Assembly: GCA_051362555.1 (NCBI GenBank)
Contig: CM120641.1
Span: 26,666,401 to 26,730,400 of the forward strand
Direction of reading: 5' to 3'
Source: Lingula anatina
Lineage: Eukaryota > Animalia > Brachiopoda
Length of the DNA stretch: 64,000 nucleotides
The number at the start of each line of letters is the position of its first letter. The first letter of the stretch is position 1. The translations under genes and the position numbers were made by a program. Of the stretch, positions 51,701-64,000 are shown piece after piece. The notes under the pieces are model-generated. The model saw only the letters and a list, made by a program, of their open reading frames with translations, was not told the origin of the DNA and made no database searches.

Positions 51701-52604
51701 GAATCGCATACTGAAATATTTCTTTAATCTGATCATATCCTAGCTTTTTTCAGTATTACATACTTTCAGTCTATTCATGATCTTGTATTCTTTTAAATAA
51801 ACAAACATAAAATTATATGAGGGAGACATGAAAACCCCATTCTCTGGGTGCAAGAGGAATCTTCCATCAGTTAATAGTCATAATGTGGGAAGTGTTCCTT
51901 CACACTGCTTTGGAAGATATGGGCAGTAGTGCGAATCTTCACACTTCATCTACCACAGCAACTGTGATTTTTCCTAATGTGCAGCACATTATTTCTTTCA
52001 GGACCGCCATAATGTCGTCAGTCCCATTATAGATGTAATCAATATGGATAACTTCCAGTATATTGGGGCTTCTTCGGAGCTTAGAGGAGGTAAGAAAAGG
52101 GAAATGGAAAAAAGTGAGAGACTTTTTGGCTTTGTGTGTGTATTCCCACTTTTAATCCTGGAGTCTTAGGTTTTGGAGTGTTTGAAAACTCATTCTCATT
52201 GATTTTTTTTCCTGAGCTCACTGGCCAAGAAAATTTTCTCCTGCAAGCTGACTTAAAATAATCCTGTATTGAAAATGACAGTTGTACCTTTTAGTCATAT
52301 GTGATTAGCATAGTTTTTTGTATATGCCAGAAATGATAGATTGAAACATGAATGAGAAAATTAATGAAAAAAGCTCATATAATTAGGGAAGGATCCAGAG
52401 ATATTTTCTGACAGTCTTTCAAATTATCTTTGTTTATCCATCCTCCATTTTTGACTGTCTTCCGACAGAAAAAAAATTAGTTGGCCGTCAATGTAAACTT
52501 AAAAAATTCTGACCATCAGCTGGAAGACCCAGAAGACAACCTCCATCTGCCCCTGATAATGATGTATTTCAGGGTTTATAACCTTAATCTTCTAGTTTCT
52601 CCTC

Positions 52605-52637
<33 letters not shown>

Positions 52638-55600
52638 GCCTCTTGTTATAGTCTTGACAGTGATTTGTGAAGTAGGCTATCCAAGATTAGCAGTCTAAGT
52701 CAAAACATGGAAGATTTTTTAAAAAATGCTTGTGGTTCTTCATAGGTATGTTGAGATTTTTTTCTGTTTGACATATATCTCTTCGATTAAACGAAGGCCA
52801 TGGCCAGTGAACAGCATGAGGACATGGATCCAATCAGTTCTACTGCTGTGCGTGATAATTAGAACTTAGAATAATTAGTATCTAAAAAGAACATGATTGA
52901 TTTTTTTGTGCCGACCATCACATAGGTTTTGTTAACAACAGGGGGTAAGCAATACCATAGGGCAATCAAGCAAAATTAACAATATGTACATGTTAAGGAC
53001 ACATGGGGAATCTGAACCTGATAAGGCCTAAGTGAGAAGCTAGAGAGGTACTGGTAAATAAAGGATGACATTTTGGTGTATCCCTTGAGTAGTCAAACCA
53101 GATAAGGAATAGTTTCCCACTGGACCCAGTTTTGATCAGGTTATAACAAGGTTTGTGATGAAGCATCTATAAATGGCCTGACTGTTACCGCAACCGAGTG
53201 GCTCCTTCACCATAAATCAGTTTCTCTCATTGTTTTCGTGCCACTGTAAATGGCTTTTGGTGTTGGATGGGAAAAGTGTATTGATTTGGATATGATAGGT
53301 ATAGGATCACATATTTGATTTATTGCTAGCTCTGTGTCTGAATTCCTGCGTGAAAGTTAATGGCAGAGAGACAGACAGACACGCAGAGGTGGACAGACAG
53401 ACCAAAATTACAACGGAAACAATTTAATACATTTTTTGCAATTTGTTGAGAGAAGGCCATTATCCTGAAAGTTACATGTTGTTTAATTTAAAGGTCAGTA
53501 ATATAATTATCTCATACAACCATTTTTATGTACAGACACACTGTGTCCTAGAGACAATGTATCTGTACATATAACCATGATTAAAATTTTGTGGTAATGG
53601 TGCTGTTCAGTATTATGTAACATTGCATTAAAATTGAACAAATAACAATATTGTGCACTAGCATAATTATTTCGCCCTGTTTTTTTCATCTTATCCCACG
53701 GCTGGCTCTTGCACTTGTATTTTGCTGACATGCTTGCCCGTTTTTTCATATGCTCTAGTGCTTTCATCCTATTCTTCAGAACGCCAGCCATTGGATAAAT
53801 TAGGTACTCTTACTCAATGTTCACTCGACTACACCTCGACATAATTGTGCTCTTGTATGTTACATACAGTGGCCAACTTAGCGACGTAACTAGTACTTAG
53901 TGCACATTCGAAACAGTGGACTAACAGATCTGCAGGTCAAATATGGTGACCCACTGCAAAGCTCGCTGCTTAATTCAGGATTAGACACTGAACAGATCTC
54001 CTGCGGGGATTACGCAACACGCGTTCGAGTTGGTCAGCCATATTTGATCTGCTGATCTGTTAGTCCCGTGTTCTGAATGAGCCCTTATGTACTGAAGTAT
54101 AACTGATGGTCTGACAGAGAACACGGGTCCCCCGCTGGCTCTGAAGATCAATAGGTTTCTGTGTGTAGTGCATTTGTAGAGTGTAATGTGGCTGCCCTCC
54201 CTTGTGTTTTAGAATTCAGATGTGGGATTTTAGGAGAGTAGCTAAGGATAATGGGGTTATTCAGGTCAGGATAGAATTCTCAAGAGTTTTAAGTCCTGTA
54301 CCTAAATCAGTTCTGCTTGAGATGCGCAAAATAGCCTTTAGCTATGTTGATTATGTTTACTGTCTCTGTCAAAAGCTACATTTTTCATGTAAACAGTTAA
54401 GTGAAAATAGATTCAATCATTACTTTGTCCTAAGGTGACTGACAAGAAAATGGTTAGTATTTCTAAGCTTGGAATTCTACAGAGTGATATAATTTAAAGT
54501 GCCAAGATATTTGTTGATTGTTTAATTTGGTGCCCTAAATCATACATAGGGCTTTGTCAGTAGTTTGGTTAGTATTGTAAGAATCTTATCTATCCAACTG
54601 TTGCATGGAAGTCAAGATTGTATTTAGCCCCATGGAAAAGTTTTAACATGCTATTTTACTGTAGACATATGTGACAAAAAAACCTTCTGGAGTAATCAAA
54701 CTCTACCTTAACGTTGACATTTGTTGGTCAACATGCAAACATCAGTGAAATCTTCCCCCTTCTTTGAAGAATCATATTGTCATCAAATAAAGCTAAAAAA
54801 CATCCAAATAAGAAATAGAATTTTTAAATATAACCAAGGACGTATAAGATGTCAATATGCGTCCTCAATCTTACCAAAAAAGGTTTTGCAGATTTTTGAG
54901 AGACATTTCCAAAACACTTACTTTTTCTTATGGTTGTCCACAGGTGTTTTAGGTAGGAAATGCATTGCAACATAAAGGCAAAGGGGTTTATTTATTTGTT
55001 TGTTTGTTTGTTTGTTTAAAAAAAAGGTTAAGGATGCCATGTGATTGATTTTACAAAGACTTGTCATTTTAAAAACATTATATCCTCATTATCTTAAAAA
55101 CTGTGCTCCAAAGCGTTTACATAATAGGGTTTACATTTGGCTACAGTATTATTGAATGACTGTATAAAGGTATAAGATATGTTTTCTCTAATATGTTCAC
55201 AACTTGTCCTCTTAGGGAAAAATTGTGGATCGAAAATTTCGCCAAAATTATTTTCAAATTTATCCTTTTTAAAGGTCTTAAAGCAATATGTTACTACTAG
55301 ACTACATTTACATGTTCTCAGTAAGTATCTGTAGTGAAAAAAAGGTGCTTCAAAACAAAATTTTCTCAATTTGATAATAATACTTAAATAAAAATTGAGT
55401 AGAATTCCCAGTATATTCCTCAAGTGTTTCTCACATGTCCATATAGAATAGTGAGTCCTGGGGTGTTCAGTAAAAAGCACCATTGACCTAAGATCAGCAG
55501 CCAAAAAGACCATCAGAGAATTTCAAATACCATTAGATACTGTGTGATAAAAAGCATTTGCTTACCAGTTGTATTGCAAATTATATCAAGTAGAAAATTA

Positions 55601-57877
55601 ACCAGAATTTGCACTCTTCGAAGTGAAATATTTATCAGTCAGGATTTTGAAGGAAACTCTGGCAGGTCTCTGTCGGCTTTTAGTGGATAAAACCATTTCA
55701 AGTTGATGAATTATTTACCTACATCAAACAGCCAGCATCAAGAGTGATTTCATTTGTGAATCTAAGTGTAATAATGGGGTTTACCATGGGTTATTATAAA
55801 AAAGGATATTTACACCTCTCTATTTTGTGTAGATAACGCCTTCAAAATCAAAGTTTTGTCTCAACTTGAAGAAGCACTCTTGAGGATGGTCTCTGTCTGC
55901 ATAAAGAAAATAAAAATAATACAACCAGTCTCCATTGTCTTAGCAGCTTGCTGCACTAGATGATCTGGAGCCTATTTCATAAAAAAAATAATTTAAATCA
56001 TATGGGCTTTACTTATACTGCTAACAATCAATACCTGTGCCAAAAACTTCAAAAGTCTGCTGATCCTTGAGGACTCCTTAGGCCACATTCAAAACCAAAG
56101 TTTATCCGCGAACTAACAGTTCCGCAGATCAAATATGGCTGATCCACTTGTCTATCAGTGTTAGTAAACTTATCTTTGGTTTAAAGTTTGAAAGGATGTG
56201 ATCACGTTCTTAATCTTCAGTCCCACTTGGTCGCACATCTTGACTTAAAATCGATTTGTGTTTGGAAACCTGACTACAGAATTGGAAACTGTTATTGGCT
56301 TGCATGTTAAAGGTTAACAAAATCATGTCTAGGATTTTTTTTTTTTTCATTTGCCATTCCCTTAAAAGCAATCCAGGCCAGGAGTTTGAACGCATTCTGA
56401 GTGCATAGGTTGCTTCTTGTTGAACTTATCTGAGGACAATTAAAACTTATAAAACATATATGGACAGATAAATGGCCTTAACTATTATTGCAAAACATAA
56501 ACATATCCTAAACCTTTAATCTTTCTTTTCTGAAACTTGCCATAACTCAAGCAAAAGCAAAAGATCAAAACCTGCACTAAAGCACAGGTTCCATTCATTT
56601 CATGACTCGACTCTAAAGGTTGGTAAGTCAAGGAAAATTATATTTACCCTGGTAGAATTCCTTCAATATGAGTTTTTGATGGGAAAATCCTGGCTCGGAA
56701 TGCTCTAATCCTTTGTAGGTCCTTAATCCCACATTTTGTCAGCCAATTTACAAATAAGATATGATTACTTTTGCCAATGACAGGAGCCTTATGCTGTATC
56801 AGGTCATCACTGTCAAACCCCACCAATCATAATATAGGCTTTTATTGTATTGTATATTTTCTCTTTTAAGCTGCATTTTGACTTTTTTAGGATTTGATTG
56901 GAATTTAGTATTCAAGTGGGATTATATGACCACAGAAGAGAGAAACAAGAGAAAAGGCAATGAAATAGCTCCCATAAGGTAAGTTTGAAGTTGAATAATT
57001 TTACTATTTTTTCTGCTTTTGTCAATCTTTTTTTTTTTTCTTTTTAATCACCAAACTGTTTTTGGTCAAGATATCATAGTCGCCAGTAAGACTAAGAAAG
57101 GCTTAAGTTGTCAGTGTCACTTTGTATCATACAACCACTGCACCACTATTAACTGAAAGTAAGCTAAATGTCATTTGTAAAGTACCTTGCTTTGTGCATA
57201 AGTGGTTACTGATTCAGAAATAGAGATGATACTCCATTCGAAATCCAGTCAATCTTTTTTTCCACCACGCTTGCAATATGAGAGTATCAACCAAAACAAT
57301 TCCCCCAGATTTATTAATCTTTCAAAGATCTTCTTTGAAAGCAATACAGTTCGAGTTGATTGATTGTGTAACAAGTGGGACTCCCAGTAGGTGGGTGAGT
57401 GATCCTTAACTGTCTTTTCCAGGACTCCCATGATAGCAGGAGGGTTATTCAGCATAGAGAGGAAGTGGTTTGAAGAGCTGGGCAAATATGACATGATGAT
57501 GGATGTCTGGGGAGGAGAGAATTTAGGTAAAGAGAGAAGGTGTCTGCGCCTGTGAATTGAAGTTAGAGTGATGAATGAACTGTGGCATTTTTAAATAGAT
57601 AGAATACATATGGTCCAATTAATCAATATTTGGATCCAGGATAACCCAATAAAATCTTACAGTTTTTCCTTAAATTAATTGAGTGTTATCATTAAGTATC
57701 TTGATTTTTTTTTTTTTTTGAAGCAGACATTTAAAGTTATAATAATCTACTGTGTAAAAGTATATATAAAACCATTTGGTGTTATAAGTAACATTGCATC
57801 TTCTGGGGATAGTTTCTTATTTCGATCATATATTATGATCTTGTTTCCTTAGACATGAAAGCCAATAGCAGTTTCCA

Positions 57878-57921
<44 letters not shown>

Positions 57922-58926
57922 CCTCTTTTTCAGAAATATCATTTAGAGTATGGCAGTGCCATGGTGCTTTGGAAATCATTCCCTGCAGTCGTGTTGGCCA
58001 CGTTTTTAGAAAGCAGCACCCATATACCTTCCCTGGTGGAAGTGGAAATGTGTTTGCTAGAAATACCAGGAGGGCAGCCGAAGTGTGGATGGATGATTAC
58101 AAGCAATTTTATTATGCAGCCGTCCCCTCTGCCAAACATGTGCCATTTGGGAGGTGAGTAGGTGATTAGAAATGGTTGAAAATATCGAATCCAAGTGATT
58201 GTTAAAAGGATAACAACTGTTCATTTTGGCCAGAAAATGGATTTTCCTGGGAACAGTGGCAATTTTCCCATACTTACCAATGGTTAATGAATCCATTTCT
58301 ACATTCAAAGTTAGTCCCTAGTTTTTTTTTTTTTCTAAAAAGTTTCTAAAGAGTATAGCCATCTATGGAGGTCACGTGGTCTGATGGCAAGCACAGATTT
58401 CAGAATAATTGCTATAACTGCCGTTTTTGTAGTAAAAAAAAAATGTATTATATTTCTATGAGTTGTTTACAATGTATTTGGTGTGAAATATAGATTTAAT
58501 ATGAAGAGTTGTTATCTCTTTAAGTAGGAGGAAATGACTTTTGTTATTTAGTCAAAATTGAATTTGGGGGGAAATCTTGGATAAAATGCATTTAATAGAA
58601 ATGATTATATGTTTACAGAACTACATGTAAAAAGTATATAATATTAGAGATAGTGTTGGATTAAACATTATCAAAAACAGTTATGTCTTCGATGCTTTGG
58701 GATTAAGGTTTGCAGATAGTGACAGAAATTGATACTTGTTTACTCTTGGTTTAAAATGATGCTTTAAAAAATTAGACTGGACAATAGGCATCTTAAAACA
58801 AATTTTATCTTCTGTCATTGTTTTCCACATTTCATATCCCAGCATTCGCAATCGTGTGGAGCTCCGGGAAAGATTGAAGTGCAAGAGCTTTAAATGGTTT
58901 CTTGAAAATGTGTATCCAGAGTTGAA
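42715..58926 (+). CDS. GALNT2: Polypeptide N-acetylgalactosaminyltransferase, GALNT2/14/16 subfamily; partial, ricin-B lectin exons not seen in the window
   Basis: Exons 42715-42804, 47372-47622, 48984-49082, 50202-50269, 50828-50893, 51201-51322, 52002-52089, 56891-56978, 57423-57526, 57934-58153 and 58843-58926, with consistent phases. Type II TM anchor ([22 protein letters not shown]) and motifs [25 protein letters not shown] (DxH), [49 protein letters not shown] and [12 protein letters not shown]. Confidence 0.93.
51272..51530 (+). repeat. 67-bp minisatellite (4 copies) overlapping the GALNT exon 6 donor
   Basis: tgtgagtg recurs at 51272, 51339, 51406 and 51473; each copy carries GAG|gtaggt. 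Confidence 0.93.
53898..54086. mobile_element. Palindromic MITE-like element; partial related copy at ~56079-56150
   Basis: ggactaacagatctgcaggtcaaatatgg pairs with ccatatttgatctgctgatctgttagtcc; outer cacattcgaaac / gttctgaatgagc. Confidence 0.65.
57880..57920. repeat. (TAT)n microsatellite next to the GALNT exon 10 acceptor
   Basis: About 13 TAT units; a similar tract precedes Sororin-like exon 4 (~27321-27346). Confidence 0.9.
58206..58519. mobile_element. TTAA-flanked non-autonomous DNA transposon (Kolobok-like), copy 2
   Basis: Colinear similarity to 39586-39922 (caattttcccat.cttaccaatggttaatgaat, ggaggtcacgtggtctga), with TTAA on both sides. Confidence 0.8.
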
Positions 58927-59138
58927 GTAAGTAAAGGCTAAGAAAAAAAAAGCTATTCAAATCTTTTTTGGCTGCAAATGGAAGGTTAACATGATTACTT
59001 GCTGGAAGTATGAGCATGCAAGGGTTTTCTTGGGTTCACTGCCGTCAAGCTACAGTTGGCTGGAGCTTACTGAATTCCGTAGAATGAAATTACACTCTTT
59101 TTCTTTGACACACTGATGCATTGAAACCCCATCTATAA

Positions 59139-59394
59139 GGCCTCACTCCCATAAACACCATCGTCTACGTGGATATCCCCAAATCTGTAGGGACTCTCAC
59201 TATTGCATTCAGCTTAACTGAATGACACTCTGCCTCCTGGCATTAAGTAAAAGAAAAGCTGGCGATTATAGGAGTCGGTTGGAAACAAGAGGAGGCATGT
59301 CATTCAGTTAAGCTGATTGCACTTAACGAGAGTCCCCACAGAGTGTTGTGAATCTATATAGACTGTCACTGATGGTGTCTATGAGACTGTGGTC
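59139..59394. mobile_element. PIF/Harbinger-like palindromic MITE
   Basis: TAA flanks; arms cccataaacaccatc / gatggtgtctatgag and tcagcttaactgaatgaca / tgtcattcagttaagctga. Confidence 0.7.
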
Positions 59395-60670
59395 TAAGAA
59401 TTGACAGTTTTGCAGTTAAGCCTAATTAAATAACATGTATAGCTATGGTAATTATTTGGATTTTGATTCTTATGTCACTTAGGCCCACACTTTGAAATTA
59501 TAACCCGTAGCTTCTTAACCCACAAAGTTTTTACTTACTTATCACTTATTATTGATTTCTGTTTAAATATTATTTTTAATATTTTTGGTGAAGCATATTC
59601 TAAAATGAACAAAAAATAATTATGTAATCTTAAATATTTACTATAGGTATAGTCTGTATTTTGACTTCGAAAAATCTTCCATGTTCAGTTAACTAAAGCC
59701 CCTTTATTCTGCCTTAATGCAAGTAACTGTACGTCATTTGTGCAATTAACCCCAGTCGTTTGGCAGCTTAGCTTTACTGCCATAAATAAACCTTGGACTA
59801 AACTCACAGCTTTGGCAGGAAATTTATATAGATACTTTTACCCACTTAAAATACAAAATGGGAAGAGACTTGCGCACTGAAAGTGACACTAATGAAAAAT
59901 GGGAATGACTGTGGGCATATGAGTATATTTGTGTACATATCATGATGAGTATATTTGTGTGCATATAAGTATATTTGCAGGTGTGGGTGTATATCTCACC
60001 AAGATGGATATTTTGATAAAAACCACCTTCTCCTTTTCTATTGCTTTTTGAAACTAAGAAATTTTCAAATATTGGCTTAATGACGTTCATTGCCAATCTG
60101 GATAATACCTGAAGCTAGCTTTATTTATTCTCTTTGTAATAAAACATACTTTAAAATCAGTGCTTAACTTTTGGCTTATTAAGTGACAGATATTTCTTTG
60201 GCTTGTCAACTCGGAGCATTACAACTGTTTAACAAAGTTTTAGGATTCCTTTGTTTTTTATAGTTTTCTTTTGTTAACAAAAGTGAATAAAAGTAGAACT
60301 ACTACATAATTATGACAATTTTGTTAACCCGGGTGTTTTTAGGGAGGGGGCTACGTTATACTAAGAATAATTATTATGAGTTAAATTAGATATTGAGACT
60401 TCCAGTTACATTTTACACATTTGCTGGCTCTCTACACTACAGTCTATTAAAATAGACAAGCCATATTTACAAATTTAAAACAACATATAAATAATATTTA
60501 GATATAAAGAACCTTTTACTCTTATTGCTTATTCCTAACCTGTGAAACCTTGAACCTTAATATTCATCTTTTAAACTTTACAGACCTCCCAAGAAGCACT
60601 GATACAGACAGATAGATCTCCACAATTTTGCAAGACTTGCTCGAGTGTATGTTCAGTTGTGTTTCTCTTA

Positions 60671-60911
60671 GGCTGCGTTCACATTAAAAATCTATTTTCT
60701 AAAAATCTATTTGCAGTATCTTGTGATCACGGTCTGTGCCCTGAATACCCCGCGGCGTAATTACTGGCAGCACCGAGAATTAATTACAGCTTTGGAAGTA
60801 ACAGGCTCGTGCTGCCCGTAATTACGCCATGGGGTATTCGAGGCACAAACCGTGATCACAAGATACCGCAAATAGATTTTTAGAAAATAGATTTTTCATG
60901 TGAATGCAGCC
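60671..60911. mobile_element. PIF/Harbinger-like MITE forming a ~100-bp-arm hairpin
   Basis: ggctgcgttcacat...aaaaatctattttctaaaaatctatttgc... is inverted as ...gcaaatagatttttagaaaatagattttt...atgtgaatgcagcc. Confidence 0.85.
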
Positions 60912-63900
60912 TTTTTTCGCTTGCATGGTACACTATACTACTAACTATTTTATGCACTTGCTTCTACCATACTGTGAGTTTTTTCTAGTTACAAAATCGT
61001 CAGTAAATTTAGCTTGTTTGTAGAATAGGTCACATTTTTATATACAGACACTGTGAGTGTCTTTATATTCTCCGATTATGCATGTGTGTCCGTACATTCC
61101 GTTTCCTTTGACAATCAACATATTTGTTCCTACCATGTGCTATGGCTGTCAAATCACATTTTTTCCTTAATGTTTTTTAGGTTTTCTTTGGCAAAAAGCA
61201 GATTGGGTTTGGAAATTAACATAAGGGTTTATTTTTATGAAAGTTATTATTATTTTAATAATAAAAATAATAATGATTTTTTTTTGCCACATTCAACACT
61301 GAATGCTAAGCCATATTTTTGTTTTATTCTACATTTACTGGGGAACTTTATTTGAGAAAAAGGCAGGTGGAGTTTGAAAAAACCAGCATGATTGGTTAAC
61401 ATTCACAAAAGATATTGCCACTTTTTGTTGTGTTTTGCAATCCTGCTGTCCAATGTTTTCTTCAGCCCGACATAATCATTATTGGACAATATAAGGTGTT
61501 GTAACATGGTCCATTATATTAAAATTGTATATTTTTATTTTTAGTTATTTATTTATTTTAATTTCTTTGTTACTGGAAGTAATCTTTGCCGATTTTGTGC
61601 CTTATTTGAATATTTGTGTCTCCAATTGGCAGTGTACATTCCTTCTCACCAGGGCATTTTATTAAAAGATATTTATTCATTATATTTGCTATGTCTAAAA
61701 ACTGGGGGAATCCCTTTCTCTCTGTCTCTTGTAAGTTTGCTCATGGCTATCTCATATATTAGGATAATGATGGTGTTATATGAACTGTTGTGTTCAGTTG
61801 ATAAGAACTTTGAATATGATGATATGAGCCTTGTATTGTGTGGTTGGTAAGAAAACTGTACGAGACTGACCATTGAATAACATTCACTTCTAGACTGTGT
61901 GCTGTTTTGATGAGGTGAAAATTGCTGACATTTCTTTTTGAAAATTTTTAGTTCTTTTGCAGTGCAGTTTTCTTAGATGTTTTTCAATCTGTTTCTTCTT
62001 CAAATTTCTTTTTTTGATATATAAATCAAATTCCTTTGTTAGATAAATATGTATGGCATATTATTTATATGTGCCATCCTCATATGGAGTATTTTGTTAA
62101 ATTTGCTTTTAACCAAAAAGCATGTGTATTTTTATCCTGAATCTTTTGGTTGGTTTTAAGTTTTAAGATAGCTGGTGTATATGAAAAGTTATTAGGTAGA
62201 AATGGCAGTGTGATAAATTTACAAAATAAGCTGTTACTTATCATCAAGTTGGTAAAAAATTCAGTAAACCAGCTCTCCTGCTTTAATGGAGAATATTTTT
62301 ACTGGAAGTCTTCTTTGTCAATTGTGTGCTGTCTTTGAATATTTGTGTCTCTAGTTGGCAGTGTGCATTCCTTCTCAAATGATGATCAGCAAAAATTAAT
62401 CTCAAGTCACTTTTGAAAGGACACTTTGAATATGACTTGTTGATTTTGCAGTCAAAATCAGTGAAATGTGAAGATGTTGCTGTGGAACTCTCAACTTCTT
62501 TGGCAGTTATTTATTATTATTTCATTATATTTTTCGATTTAAGGTATGACCTAAAAAGCTATCAATTCACCAAGGGCCTTTCTTCTGTCTGTTAACTCTG
62601 TTAAATCTTGTGACAGCTATGCCTATATATAGGTTCTTGTTCTGTATTATCCAATTGCAAGGATATTGGTGTCATAATCTATTGCAGGTGTTCCAGAGTA
62701 ATAAGCGGTGAATAGATCATTTGTAAGGACTGCTGTTCAAGTCATTTGTAGGTCTTCGTCTTTCATGGGCCAAGTAATTCTGCTTGTTGGAGCAGTTTAT
62801 GGTTTTCCTTTATTGAGCAAAGTTATCATCTTAGACGTCATGTGTTAACTGTTATAGCTTATTGTAGGTTTTTTGTGCACTTGGTGTAAGTCTTTCTTCT
62901 TAGGCTTTCAAAAAATAACTAAAGGTAATTTGAAAAAATTAGATTTAACTAGAAAAAAAAATATTTTTCTTTCTTAAGTTTAATTGAACAAAATTTAGAA
63001 CCTTTATTAGTGTTCACTACTGAAGGAAATCCCAGTTTTCATTATTTCTTTTTTATCATATTCTTAATAGGGCTTTTTATTTTAAGTGGATCTCATTTTT
63101 CTGAAATCACGTTCTTAATGTCAAACAAGCTTGTTTGAATAAAGGTTTGGTCAATCCACATATTTTAAAATACTTTCTCCTTTATAGGAAGAGACATCCT
63201 TTAGATAGATCTTCATGATGACTTGGAAGGCAGTAACTGCTAACCACACATTTATCTCCATAAACGATGTTAACATGACTGTTTAGACTCTACTGATTGA
63301 TTCATTTCTCCATCCAGACATATACTTGATTGGATTTGATTGTATCCCTGTGGTATTAGAGATGTCATTAGTGGCTGCAGAACTACTTTGTCAACTTAAA
63401 AAGAGATGGTCTGCGTGTTCAGCGCAATGGCGACTGTTACTTAGTGGCATTTTCCTGTCCTACCTTATATGTGATTGTAATAGCTCAGGCCTTCCCCTTT
63501 CTGAACTATGGGGGAATAAAGAACTGATAGCGGGATAATTACTAAGAGTGGAAGAGGGAGAAAATGAGTTTTTTTTTCTGATTTCTGATTTTGCATATTT
63601 TACTCATGATCAAGTACTGGTATGCATGAGATGATGAAGAAGAAACTTGCCTGCAATGGTGTTTTCAGTGAATGTGTAAAATATTCAGGATGAATTACAT
63701 GTAAAAAAAGAATTTTTTAAAAGTCTATACCAGTGACAATTGTGGACTAAGTTGTTGAATATCCTCCGTTGCACTGTTCTTAAACTGTTTTTTTCTTCTG
63801 CTTCTTAATTTCTGCATGCCTAAGCAAATCTTGACATCACCCCCCAGGGAAATCATTGTAGAATGTTAATCTAGCATGACAAAAGTTGTTGTCTCATGTC

Positions 63901-64000
63901 ATTGCGTAAGAATGGCATTGCTGTTTTAATTGCATGGCACGATGAGCAATCAAAAGTGCATCTCAAAATATTTGCTCCACTAGCTTTTGTAGTACACATG

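Noticed and set aside
57855-57933. Poly-Leu signal-peptide-like start of ORF 57855..58157
   Set aside because: It is a translation of the intronic (TAT)n microsatellite; the real exon starts at 57934.
61606-62440. Short direct duplication (tttgaatatttgtgtctc...cattccttctca at ~61606 and ~62335)
   Set aside because: It is real but short and degenerate, with no structural or coding signal.

Overview
AT-rich, intron-containing animal genomic DNA; gene content and repeat types suggest a lophotrochozoan-like invertebrate (inference). Hand splicing of GT-AG exons gives, left to right: (1) an MPPED/UPF0046-type metallophosphoesterase on the minus strand, running off the left edge and missing from the ORF track; (2) a 3-exon, 246-aa secreted protein I cannot assign to a family; (3) an unusual TATA/Inr-headed unit at 9.25-16.2 kb; (4) an SRSF3/7 (Rbp1)-like SR gene with alternative C-termini, head-to-head with CRIPT; (5) a Sororin/CDCA5-like gene; (6) a ~3.9-kb Helentron-like non-autonomous element holding a 146-bp satellite; (7) ERH head-to-head with SLC39A9/ZIP9; (8) a GALNT2/14/16-type GalNAc-transferase whose lectin exons are not seen in the window. 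The unit at 9.25-16.2 kb is the strongest candidate for an undescribed system. It is built from nine tandem exon+intron cassettes, each exon starting its own small ORF, followed by an orphan frameshifted TDP-43 exon and a diverged tenth cassette. Several MITEs and microsatellites are scattered through introns. All gene models are manual and unconfirmed by transcript data.
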